Below, one piece after another: positions 22,397 to 31,165 of a DNA stretch of 41,072 nt. The notes beneath the pieces were generated by a model. It was not told where the DNA came from. It saw nothing but the letters and a program-made list of their open reading frames with translations, and searched no databases. Origin of the DNA: Candidatus Bathyarchaeota archaeon (GTDB lineage: Archaea; Thermoproteota; DRAE01); the NCBI GenBank assembly GCA_011041895.1, contig DRAE01000043.1, positions 1 to 41,072 on the forward strand, written 5' to 3'. Positions within the stretch are counted from its first letter, which is position 1; each line of letters begins with the position of its first letter. The translations under genes and the position numbers were made by a program.

Positions 22397-23379
22397 GCAC
22401 AACATTCCACTACAAATACCCCTTTTTATTTTATGGAGAAAGAGCCTTAGCCAGCATCATAGAGGAGATCCCCCTGGACAATCTAAGAAACTTGATTTCC
22501 AATATCGTAAGTAGAAAAGCTTGGGACAGAGTAAGCGACGACCCACTAAACATAATGTTGACGGTAGCCATTCTCCAACGATTACAAGCTAAAAGACTAC
22601 TTTCAAGGTATGCAGTCAGACTGTCTAAGAAAATAGGAAGTGAAATCCAGAGAGAAAGCACGGAAACTGTTCTCAACGTAGCTAGGAAAATTATTGATAA
22701 TAGAATAAACGTTGAAGATATTCAACTTCGAGGAGTGAAAACTTCGCTGTTTAAAATTCCAGTTCCTACTTACTTGAGGATTTCACAGTATTTCAAGTCG
22801 ATAAAGTGGAAACTTGTAAATCAAATAGTAATAAATGGATACGTATACGTGGGAAGAAGAGACCTCATAAGACTTATCGAAGAAATGTTGAAGGACGCCA
22901 TAATCAATGAACGAATTAGACTAAAACTTCCAGATCACATAGATCTGAGCGATGAATATAGGAGAATAAGCCAAATTGAAAGGACGTTTACCGAAAAAAT
23001 TAAAATGCCTAAGGGAAAGATAAGGGTTGATGCATTTCCCCCGTGTATGAGAGAGCTTTTAAGTAGAGCGCGTGAGGGAAGAAATCTATCTCATACTGAA
23101 AGATTCTCTCTAGCGACATTTCTCTTTTCGCTTGGAATGTCCATCGATGACGTAAATGAAATTTTCTCAAATTTGCCGGATTATGATGCACGCAAGACGA
23201 TGTACCAGCTCAGGCATTTAAAAGGATTAGTAGGCTCAGGAACAAAATACTCTCCTCCATCATGTAAAAAACTTCGGTTTTACGGTATCTGTATCAGGGG
23301 AGAAGAATGTAAAGATATCACTCATCCATTACAATATTACTTGAGGAATGTCAAAAGAAGACATAGAGAAAAGAGATAA
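22393..23379 (+). CDS. priL: DNA primase large subunit PriL
   Basis: 328 aa. The C-terminal Fe-S domain supplies four Cys (FPPCMRELL, PPSCKKL, GICIRGEEC). ATGA overlap with pcn. Confidence 0.85.
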   Translation: MSTTFHYKYPFLFYGERALASIIEEIPLDNLRNLISNIVSRKAWDRVSDDPLNIMLTVAILQRLQAKRLLSRYAVRLSKKIGSEIQRESTETVLNVARKIIDNRINVEDIQLRGVKTSLFKIPVPTYLRISQYFKSIKWKLVNQIVINGYVYVGRRDLIRLIEEMLKDAIINERIRLKLPDHIDLSDEYRRISQIERTFTEKIKMPKGKIRVDAFPPCMRELLSRAREGRNLSHTERFSLATFLFSLGMSIDDVNEIFSNLPDYDARKTMYQLRHLKGLVGSGTKYSPPSCKKLRFYGICIRGEECKDITHPLQYYLRNVKRRHREKR

Positions 23380-24499
23380 CATAAGTGTAATAAAGAAAAT
23401 ATTCAAATGGTATTATAGTACACACTCATCCAGCATTATCTGCGAGAATGTTGAGAGACGTGAGTTTGGGTTCATGCTTTTCGATGGAAACGTGATGGTA
23501 CGGCATAAATCCTTCAAATCAATTCTTGAACTGAGAAGATTTATTGCAGAACTAGCTCCAAAGCATGCCTATCACTCAATAGCAATATATGAGAAACCTG
23601 ATGCCCCCATGGAGGAGAAAGGGTGGGTATGCGCTGAATTATTGTTTGACATAGATGCAGACCACATTGCTAAGAAATATGGTATAGCGATGAGACCTGA
23701 AACATATCTACAATGTATGACCATAGCCGCTGAAGAGACCATAAAGCTTATCGAGGAATTTTTGCTGACTGATTTTGGACTAGCACCAAGGGATATAGCA
23801 GTACTGTTCTCGGGAGGAAGAGGATTTCACGTCCATGTTAAGAACAAGGAATTTGAATACATGGACCGTGCAATGAGGCAAGAGATAGTGGATTACATTA
23901 CTGGAAATGGAATAAACCTCAAGGCAACCATGATTTTCGAAGGATACTTCCTTATGGAGGGACACGGGTGGATTGGAAGATTAAGCCGTGGAGTATACGA
24001 AGTATTAGAGTCAGGATATTTCAGATCGAAGCTGAGAAAACAACAAGTCAATGCTATAGATAAGAGGTGTAGAAGAATACTAGAGGAGATTCTAACGGGA
24101 TTTTCAGGGACATGGAATGAGCTTTCAGATAAAACTAAGAAAAAGATTTTGGAAATGGCCGTTGAGTTGATGAGAGGGGACGTAGACCGTGTCGTTACAT
24201 CAGATATATCAAGATTGACCAGGATAGTGGGAACGCTTCATGGAAAAACTGGTTTAAAAGTGATAAAAGTTGATATAAGCAAATTAGAGAGTTTTGATCC
24301 TACGAAAGAGGCCCTTGCCTTACCGACATCCCCTCAGATAACGGTCAAGTTCCTAAGCGACATTGGAAGTGTAAGTTTCAATGATGACATTTATGGGCCG
24401 TATAGAGAGGGGCAAATCAAGTCTATTCCAATTCCTTTAGCAGTATTCCTAAGTGGATTTGAATGTGTAAAGCTTTTAAATGGCGGAATTCTTGAATGA
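23348..24499 (+). CDS. priS: DNA primase small (catalytic) subunit PriS
   Basis: 383 aa. Catalytic motifs LLFDIDADH and FSGGRGFHVHV. Overlaps priL by 32 nt. Confidence 0.9.
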   Translation: MSKEDIEKRDNISVIKKIFKWYYSTHSSSIICENVERREFGFMLFDGNVMVRHKSFKSILELRRFIAELAPKHAYHSIAIYEKPDAPMEEKGWVCAELLFDIDADHIAKKYGIAMRPETYLQCMTIAAEETIKLIEEFLLTDFGLAPRDIAVLFSGGRGFHVHVKNKEFEYMDRAMRQEIVDYITGNGINLKATMIFEGYFLMEGHGWIGRLSRGVYEVLESGYFRSKLRKQQVNAIDKRCRRILEEILTGFSGTWNELSDKTKKKILEMAVELMRGDVDRVVTSDISRLTRIVGTLHGKTGLKVIKVDISKLESFDPTKEALALPTSPQITVKFLSDIGSVSFNDDIYGPYREGQIKSIPIPLAVFLSGFECVKLLNGGILE

Positions 24500-24510
24500 A
24501 ATAAGTGAAA

Positions 24511-25047
24511 ATGTACGAGAAGCTACTTAAAATGCTATCTGATGAAAGGGATAGTGAGACTTTACTAAAGTTAGAGAAAAATTTCACGTCTAAAGTAGGT
24601 GAGCATTTAGCAAGGCTAGATAAGAAAATCAAGCGAATGGCTGAAGATGATGTGAGAAGGATACTGCTCGAGAAAGAGCGTGAAATAATTACACTTGCTT
24701 ATGAGCAACTCATGAAATTAAGGATACTGAAGATAACAATATATGCCATTACTGGAAGAGAAAATCTCTTAGAAGAAGAGCACTTGACTGATGAAGAAAA
24801 GAAGTTTTTAATTCACCTTAAAAAGTTTATAGGGCAAATACGAAAAAATGTTTTAAAACGGGAAATTGATATAGAGAAAGAACTTATAGTAGTGAGAATA
24901 CTAAAGGATATACCGGAAGAGATAGTTGGAATAGACTTAAAGACATATGGACCATATAAAAAGGAGGATGTAGCTGCAATACCATACATGTATGCTAAAA
25001 TCCTGATAGATAAAGGATACGCAGAACCAATAGAGGTGGATGAATAA
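24511..25047 (+). CDS. GINS complex subunit (Gins15/Gins51-like)
   Basis: About 178 aa. Helical A domain followed by a small B domain (DL.TYGPY.KEDVA.IP...A..LI..G.A). The position directly after priS matches the crenarchaeal gins15 context. Assignment rests partly on synteny. Confidence 0.65.
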   Translation: MYEKLLKMLSDERDSETLLKLEKNFTSKVGEHLARLDKKIKRMAEDDVRRILLEKEREIITLAYEQLMKLRILKITIYAITGRENLLEEEHLTDEEKKFLIHLKKFIGQIRKNVLKREIDIEKELIVVRILKDIPEEIVGIDLKTYGPYKKEDVAAIPYMYAKILIDKGYAEPIEVDE

Positions 25048-25325
25048 TGAAAATTCCCGCAAAGATAAGAACATACTGCCCAAAATGCCTCAAACATACT
25101 ATACATACAGTCTCACTGTACTCGCACGGAAAGAGTAGAACACTTGCTATTGGAAATAGAAAATATGCTAGAAAGAAGAAAGGATATGGAGGCCAGCCTA
25201 GGCCGATTCAGCGTAAGAAAGCAAAGGTCACGAAGAAGCAAATGATAAAGCTCAAATGCACTGAATGTGGAAGAATTGTTCAGAGAGAGGGTATTAGAAT
25301 CAAACGACTAGAGATAGTGAGGTGA
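25047..25325 (+). CDS. rpl44e: 50S ribosomal protein L44e (eL42)
   Basis: 92 aa. CPKC..HT.H and C.ECG zinc ribbon, plus RKKKGYGGQ. Confidence 0.9.
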   Translation: MKIPAKIRTYCPKCLKHTIHTVSLYSHGKSRTLAIGNRKYARKKKGYGGQPRPIQRKKAKVTKKQMIKLKCTECGRIVQREGIRIKRLEIVR

Positions 25326-25332
25326 TACCGAA

Positions 25333-25551
25333 TTGGTGAAAAAGAGAAAAATCGAGATACCGATGCCTAGAAGCTATTTCATGTGCATAGAGTGCCCTCA
25401 ATGCTCTTCAAAACAAATAGTATTCAGTCACGCTACAACTAGGGTTAAATGCCTCGTCTGTGGAAAACAACTTCTCGAGCCAACTGGTGGAAAAGCCAAG
25501 CTCCTTGAAGGGGTGAAGGTTTTAGAAAGGTATGGAGTAGCTGGAGGTTAG
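25333..25551 (+). CDS. rps27e: 30S ribosomal protein S27e (eS27)
   Basis: 72 aa. C.ECPQC.......SHA.T.V.C..CG zinc ribbon. The start may be TTG 25333 or GTG 25336. Confidence 0.9.
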   Translation: MVKKRKIEIPMPRSYFMCIECPQCSSKQIVFSHATTRVKCLVCGKQLLEPTGGKAKLLEGVKVLERYGVAGG

Positions 25552-25554
25552 ACT

Positions 25555-26337
25555 ATACCCCGCAAATGGCCTGAAGTTAACGAGTTAGTTGTTGGAACTG
25601 TTACTGAAATTACAGATTATGGGGCCTATGTCTCGCTTGATGAGTATAGTGGTAAGAAGGCTTTTATCTACATCTCAGAGATAAAGAGAGGATACGTTAA
25701 GAGAGTAAGAGACTATCTAAGGGAAGGGCAGAAGGTAGTTGCCAGAGTGATAAACGTTGACCCGGATAAGGACATCATTGATTTGTCACTGCGATATGTT
25801 ACTGAGAGAGAAAAACAGCTTAAAATGAAAGACTATAAGGATCGAAAGAAAGCCTACAAGATAGTTGAGCTAGCGCTCACAGGAACACCCTATGAATCTG
25901 AGATAAAAAGAGTATTTTACCTCTTAGATGAAAACTTTGAAAACCCCTACATTGGATTAGAGGAGGCCAGAAGAAAGGGAAAAACAGTGCTGTTGAAGCT
26001 TGGAATAGCCGATGAGATAGCAGAAATTCTAATGAAAGAGATCATGGAGCGTGTAAAGCCAAGTTATACTTCACTAGTTTATCAGGTGAAAGTTGAAAGT
26101 TTAGCTCGGGATGGAGTTTTTAAGATAATGGATTACCTAGAAAAATGTAAGAAAAATCTGGAAAAGAGAGATATAAAAAATGTTGAAATTACAGTAATAT
26201 CACCTCCCCTTTACAGAATTAGAGTTCTTCATGAAAATCCTAAGTATGTAGAACAAACGTTCAAGAAAGTTGCTCTAGAGATGCTTAAAGTTGCCAAGGA
26301 GATGAACATTGAAGCAGAGTTCAAGACGGAAAGGTAA
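25555..26337 (+). CDS. eif2a: Translation initiation factor aIF-2 alpha subunit, apparently starting at a non-canonical ATA codon
   Basis: The frame is open from 25552. It encodes the S1/OB domain PRKWPEVNELVVGTVTEITDYGAYVSLDEYSGKKAFIYISEI upstream of the ORF-track start (GTG 25747). There is no ATG, GTG or TTG between 25552 and 25746. GGAGGT at 25543-25548 lies 6 nt before ATA 25555. Confidence 0.8.
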   Translation: MPRKWPEVNELVVGTVTEITDYGAYVSLDEYSGKKAFIYISEIKRGYVKRVRDYLREGQKVVARVINVDPDKDIIDLSLRYVTEREKQLKMKDYKDRKKAYKIVELALTGTPYESEIKRVFYLLDENFENPYIGLEEARRKGKTVLLKLGIADEIAEILMKEIMERVKPSYTSLVYQVKVESLARDGVFKIMDYLEKCKKNLEKRDIKNVEITVISPPLYRIRVLHENPKYVEQTFKKVALEMLKVAKEMNIEAEFKTER

Positions 26338-26353
26338 CCTGAGAAAGGAAATC

Positions 26354-26500
26354 ATGAAGTGTACTGAATGTGGAAGATATACTATGAGGGAAGATAAGTG
26401 CCCTTACTGTGGGGGTAAGCTCAAAGTAGCAATACCACCAAAGTTTTCTCCGCATGACAGGTATGCAAAATATAGAAGGCTTATGAAGTATGGGAAATAA
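26354..26500 (+). CDS. nop10: H/ACA ribonucleoprotein subunit Nop10
   Basis: 48 aa. MKCTECGRYT....CP.CGG.......P.KFSP.D.Y..YR matches Nop10. The ORF-track start at 26309 overlaps the aIF2alpha gene and is unlikely. Confidence 0.9.
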   Translation: MKCTECGRYTMREDKCPYCGGKLKVAIPPKFSPHDRYAKYRRLMKYGK

Positions 26501-26508
26501 TGAAATTA

Positions 26509-28635
26509 CTACTCATAAAGTTTATTGTATAATGGCTGGTACACTAACACCCACCCATGCTCTGACTTGTACACTAGTTTGAACAGCTGCAACGGATATA
26601 CTTGAACCTGCCCTTGGTATACGTCTCTTACTGCATCTTTATACTGATCCATGAGTAGTTTGAATATCGTCGTGTTATATAATGGCTCCTTTGGCATGGA
26701 TTTAGTAGAGTCCCAATAGTCTTCCCACTTGTATCCAGCAATCTCACAGATCCATCTTAGCTTTCCATAATCTCCAAACATTAAGAATCTCCATTTTCCT
26801 TGTCTATCCCTGATCACTGTTATGAAGACCACGACGTATGACACATTGTATCTCTTGAATATTTTTAGAGCCTCTTCCTCGGTTGACATGAATGCTTTGG
26901 CCACCATGTGAATCTGTGTTGAATTTGATGTGGCGTTATCAACTAGCGTAGTTTTTTCTCCCATTGATTGCAACCAGTATCCATAGTCCCACCAGCTTGC
27001 TACAACCGTTCCTGGTGGAACGTTCATTCTAAGCCACATTAGAACTTCTAGCCAGTCATTGTAGTATCCGCGAGCTGATATTGCTGACGAAGCTATTGTA
27101 ACAGGATATCTTGCCTGGTCAACAAAGTTTGGCATATAGAATGTTGTCAACATGGAAATCGCAATTAGTGAGGCTAGGAATAGAGAGAGAAATTCCTTTT
27201 CAATGATAGGAGTCACTCGCATTCTCCTAGGACTTATGATCGCTGGCTTTGCCCTGAAAGCATCAATTATTGGAGTTGCAATGCTGTAAAATCCATACGC
27301 TGCTAGGAAGGCAACTGCAGGAGCCAGTATCAGAAGCAGACGAACCATTGATGAAGCAAAGTATAAAGCAAGGAGACCATATACAATTGCAACAAGATCC
27401 TCGTTACGCCTCCTCTTCATCAACAAGATAGTTCCTATAGGAGCGAAAAGGAAGGCCATTCCCTGTTGCGCATAGAAAACAGCCCACGGTGACGGATGAT
27501 GTTCTCCTACAGACATTATTAAAGGTATCTGGGTTCTAAAGAAGGGGTTTATAACAGCCCAGAATTTAGATGGAAGCCCAAATATCAAGCCTATTAAGTA
27601 TAGAGCTCCCAACCCTAATGAGATCACTATTATCCCTATTATTACAGTTCTGATCTGTAGTGAGAATGGTATGGGAAGATGCCTTGTAAGCTCTATGATC
27701 CATAGCAGGATCAACGTGAAGTATGGAATTAAAAGGTTTGCAGAGAGTAGTAGTTGAGGTCCTGTTCTCGGAACTAGGGCTGCAAGAGCACAACCTATGA
27801 GTATAGCGGAGGTGTAGTATACTGTCAGAAATGGCTGGTATCGTTTAAATACTATTAATGTGAGAATAGATAATGCAAGCAAGTTAAATGCGAAGAGGAA
27901 GGCACCCCAGCTGGCTGCAAGATATGCTAAGAGAAGCCCAGTTATGATTCCGTATCTAAGAGATTTATCGGCGTTTTCAGGTTTAACTCCCTTGACCATG
28001 AACAAGAAAATCATTGTGAGAAGAAAAACTCCTAGAAATTCATTATCATAAAAGCCCAGTGTAGTTCTTGATACATATGCTGGGAGGATAGCGAGCAGAA
28101 AAGCTGTCAATAACCCTACATTTCTATTAGCTACCTCTTTTCCTAGGAAAAAAGCCGCTAATACTGTAAGGCATCCAAAGAACACTGGTATATAGACACA
28201 GAATGTGTATATGCTAAGTTCAGGAATGAATAACTTAACGATCATGTACAGGATCGCTGTTGTGAATGGAACTCCTAAATAAAGGGCTTTCCACATATCC
28301 TGCCCATATGGATACCATGCCATTTGATTATGCCAGTGGAAGTATGCTCCTAAGCCTTTTTCGATCAAATACTTCGTAGCCATGTACTGTACATGAGGGT
28401 CATACGCCCCTAGAAATGCACCCCATTCGAGTGGCTGTAATCTAATCAATGCAGCTATGCTACATATCATCAAGAGTATAATCAACGTGAGTAGCGAGTC
28501 TCTGTTAATTGGCAGAGAGGCCTCCGATATCCAGTAGGGTATTTCCTTGATTTTCTCCTTTATCTCTTTTCTAGATATTTGACGCAAACCTTTAATCTTT
28601 CTCATCACTATGGCAGCAATATTTTTGACATTCAT
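26509..28635 (-). CDS. aglB: Archaeal oligosaccharyltransferase AglB (STT3 family)
   Basis: 708 aa. About 13 TM segments are followed by a soluble C-terminal domain carrying the catalytic WWDYGYW motif. Confidence 0.9.
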   Translation of the reverse strand: MNVKNIAAIVMRKIKGLRQISRKEIKEKIKEIPYWISEASLPINRDSLLTLIILLMICSIAALIRLQPLEWGAFLGAYDPHVQYMATKYLIEKGLGAYFHWHNQMAWYPYGQDMWKALYLGVPFTTAILYMIVKLFIPELSIYTFCVYIPVFFGCLTVLAAFFLGKEVANRNVGLLTAFLLAILPAYVSRTTLGFYDNEFLGVFLLTMIFLFMVKGVKPENADKSLRYGIITGLLLAYLAASWGAFLFAFNLLALSILTLIVFKRYQPFLTVYYTSAILIGCALAALVPRTGPQLLLSANLLIPYFTLILLWIIELTRHLPIPFSLQIRTVIIGIIVISLGLGALYLIGLIFGLPSKFWAVINPFFRTQIPLIMSVGEHHPSPWAVFYAQQGMAFLFAPIGTILLMKRRRNEDLVAIVYGLLALYFASSMVRLLLILAPAVAFLAAYGFYSIATPIIDAFRAKPAIISPRRMRVTPIIEKEFLSLFLASLIAISMLTTFYMPNFVDQARYPVTIASSAISARGYYNDWLEVLMWLRMNVPPGTVVASWWDYGYWLQSMGEKTTLVDNATSNSTQIHMVAKAFMSTEEEALKIFKRYNVSYVVVFITVIRDRQGKWRFLMFGDYGKLRWICEIAGYKWEDYWDSTKSMPKEPLYNTTIFKLLMDQYKDAVRDVYQGQVQVYPLQLFKLVYKSEHGWVLVYQPLYNKLYE

Positions 28636-28636
28636 T

Positions 28637-29041
28637 TTACTTTTCTTCCGCTATTGTTTTTTCATATTCATGAGGAGATAGACATTTTTCTAAATCTTTC
28701 TTAGCTGACGGGGATTTAATCTTGACAATCCATCCATCATCGTATGGTGAATTGTTTATTAGCTCAGGTTCTTCCTCTAGACGAGTGTTTACCTCTACGA
28801 TTTCACCGCTTATGGGAGTGTAAACTTCAGCAGACGTCTTTATGGATTCTACAATAGCTACGGTGTCCCCTGCCGAGACTTGATCACCTGGACTCTTTGT
28901 AAATTCTACATAAACTATCTCGTGAAGTTTCTGTTGAGCGTAATCTGTAATTCCTATAGTTGCCATGTTTTCTCCTTCTAACTTTACCCATTCATGAGTT
29001 TTCGTGTACATTACATCTTGCCTTACCTCATACTTGCTCAA
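28637..29041 (-). CDS. gcvH: Glycine cleavage system H protein
   Basis: 134 aa. Lipoyl-lysine motif VESIKTSAEVYTPISGEIVEVN. Confidence 0.9.
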   Translation of the reverse strand: MSKYEVRQDVMYTKTHEWVKLEGENMATIGITDYAQQKLHEIVYVEFTKSPGDQVSAGDTVAIVESIKTSAEVYTPISGEIVEVNTRLEEEPELINNSPYDDGWIVKIKSPSAKKDLEKCLSPHEYEKTIAEEK

Positions 29042-30159
29042 ACTACACTCCTCCTATATCCATACTTTGTTTCATCATAGAAGGGCCATTTTGATATCTT
29101 AGCAGGGTAGCGTCTACCTCTGACATCAATATACACGGTGTTACCTAATATTGATTTTTCAGGTGAAATATACATGAAACCTATACATCTTCTGAGAAGT
29201 GGAGAATATACCCCTGTTGAAACAAATCCAATATTTTCAGAGTCTGAGTAGACTTTAGCTCCGTGCCTAGCTATTCCTCGCTCCATTATGAACCCTGACC
29301 TCACCCTTTTGAGAGGGGAACTTTTGATTTTAATTAGTGTCTCTCTTCCAATGAATGGACCCTTTTTCGTTTTAACTACAAATCCAAGTTTTGCCTCATA
29401 TGGGTTTATATTCTCGTCTATGTCATTGCCATATAACACCATGCCAGCTTCTGTTCTTAGCGAATCACGAGCACCAAGCCCACAAGGCATAGCATTGAAC
29501 AATTTACCTTTGTCAATAAGAGTATGCCAAAGCTGTGCAGCTAATTCAGGGGAAGACTCAAGTAAAATAAGTTCAAATCCATCCTCTCCCGTATATCCTG
29601 TCCTTGAGACTACCAGGGAAATATCCTTCCAGTCGATGCTTTTACATGCAAATCTTTTAAGGTCACTCACTTCGATTCCAACTTCGCTCATTAGCTTCTC
29701 GGAGTATGGGCCTTGAACAGCAAGCATTGAGCTTTTATCTGTTACATTCGTGATATCAACATCATAATCTCCAATATGGGATGTAATCCATCTTAAGTCC
29801 TTGAGAGTATTTACAGCATTTACAACCATTATAAACATACTTGAATCGAGTCTGTAGATTATCAGATCGTCAATTATACCTCCTTTCTCATTACACATTA
29901 GCGAGTACTGGCAGAAGCCTGGTTTAACCTTTCTTACATTGTTGGTCGTAATATAATTCAGGAATTTCTCGGAGTCGGGGCCCTCTATGATAAACCTCCC
30001 CATGTGAGACACATCGAAGAAACCAACGTTTTCTCTCACGCACATATGCTCTGCCGAGATGCTCTTAAAGTATACTGGAAGAAGCCACCCAGCAAACTCT
30101 ATAAGCGTAGAAGAATCTTTATAACAATCAAAGAAGTGTGTCTTCTTCAACTTTCCCAC
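29038..30159 (-). CDS. gcvT: Glycine cleavage system T protein (aminomethyltransferase)
   Basis: 373 aa. Motifs FDVSHMGRF, LLAVQGP, RTGYTGEDGFE and GLGARDSLR. GTG start at 30159 is preceded by GGAGGT. Confidence 0.9.
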   Translation of the reverse strand: MGKLKKTHFFDCYKDSSTLIEFAGWLLPVYFKSISAEHMCVRENVGFFDVSHMGRFIIEGPDSEKFLNYITTNNVRKVKPGFCQYSLMCNEKGGIIDDLIIYRLDSSMFIMVVNAVNTLKDLRWITSHIGDYDVDITNVTDKSSMLAVQGPYSEKLMSEVGIEVSDLKRFACKSIDWKDISLVVSRTGYTGEDGFELILLESSPELAAQLWHTLIDKGKLFNAMPCGLGARDSLRTEAGMVLYGNDIDENINPYEAKLGFVVKTKKGPFIGRETLIKIKSSPLKRVRSGFIMERGIARHGAKVYSDSENIGFVSTGVYSPLLRRCIGFMYISPEKSILGNTVYIDVRGRRYPAKISKWPFYDETKYGYRRSVV

Positions 30160-30219
30160 GTTTAACTACCTCCGAGTAGTTAGAAAAATATGACAAACAA
30201 ACAATATTAGTCTTTAACA

Positions 30220-30930
30220 ATGAGAGTAGAGCTCATACCTTTAAAAATGCCTAGAGTAGTAAAACCTTGTGAAAACCTGCATAAAGTAATCGAGGAAGCA
30301 CTCTACCATAATAGCGTAAGCTTGAAAGAAGGAGACATACTTGTTATATCTAGTAAAATTGTTAGTACATGCCTTAATTTGTTCATAAAGGGGGATAAAG
30401 CGTTCAGATACGCATTTTCACAAGCTGACAGAGTATTGGATGTTTTCTCCAATTGGATGCTTACAATGAAGGGTGATAACATTTTACTTAACTCTGGAAT
30501 AGACGTGTCAAATGCACCTCCAGGGAAACTGTCCATACTTCCAAGGGACCTTAACTCGATTGCACGCTCGGTGCATTTGAGAATATTGATGAGGAAAGGC
30601 ATAAAAGTTGGGGTTATAATTTGTGATAGCTTCGTCTTTCCTCTTAGAAGAGGAACTGTTGGTATATGCTTAGGATTTCACTATGTTAAACCTATCATCG
30701 ATTACAGAGGTGAAAGAGACCTATACGGTAAAACAATGAAAATAACTGCTATTAACGTGGTAGACACGATATCAAATATGGCACATATACTCATGGGAGA
30801 GGGGATTGAAAAAATTCCAATAGTAGTCGTAAGAGGCCTCAAGCATATTGTCCAAAAAATACATCCTGAGGAGCTTGCAGACTTCAGAATGCTTGAAAAT
30901 GAATGTGCCTTCAGAAAGTTATACTTTTGA
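30220..30930 (+). CDS. CofE-like protein (F420-0:gamma-glutamyl ligase family)
   Basis: 236 aa. Family motifs are LKEGDILVISSKIVS, NSGIDVSNAP, GVIICDS, RRGTVGICLG, DYRGERDLYGK and MGEGIEKIPIVVVRGL. The substrate cannot be deduced. Confidence 0.75.
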   Translation: MRVELIPLKMPRVVKPCENLHKVIEEALYHNSVSLKEGDILVISSKIVSTCLNLFIKGDKAFRYAFSQADRVLDVFSNWMLTMKGDNILLNSGIDVSNAPPGKLSILPRDLNSIARSVHLRILMRKGIKVGVIICDSFVFPLRRGTVGICLGFHYVKPIIDYRGERDLYGKTMKITAINVVDTISNMAHILMGEGIEKIPIVVVRGLKHIVQKIHPEELADFRMLENECAFRKLYF

Positions 30931-30946
30931 AATCCTGAGAGATGAA

Positions 30947-31111
30947 TCACTTGTTTATCTTGATCTCTATCTTAAGGGGTTTCCTATTAAGCTTCTTCTT
31001 GCAGTTCGGGCAAACTCCGTTGTATTTTTCATACACTTGGAGTGGAGGGATCAACTCCTTAGACTCATATAACACATAGCCACATTTTTCACAAACTATT
31101 TTTTCAACCAT
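30947..31111 (-). CDS. Small zinc-ribbon protein (54 aa), uncharacterised
   Basis: My own translation: MVEKIVCEKCGYVLYESKELIPPLQVYEKYNGVCPNCKKKLNRKPLKIEIKINK, with a CxxC...CxxC pair. It is too short for the ORF track. It fills the gap between the CofE-like gene and topA. Confidence 0.5.
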   Translation of the reverse strand: MVEKIVCEKCGYVLYESKELIPPLQVYEKYNGVCPNCKKKLNRKPLKIEIKINK

Positions 31112-31165
31112 AGTATAATATGAAGATTAAAAGCTGAAAATAAATTTAACAGAAAAGTGGGGATC

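Noticed and set aside
25333-26337. A single S27e-aIF2alpha fusion gene
   Set aside because: An in-frame TAG separates the two, and a GGAGGT motif sits in front of the downstream frame. Two separate proteins are the conserved state. Read-through is kept only as a minor alternative in the finding.
30848-31072. 74-aa plus-strand ORF between the CofE-like gene and topA
   Set aside because: It overlaps the CofE-like 3' end and is antisense to a cleaner zinc-ribbon frame. It has no motifs.
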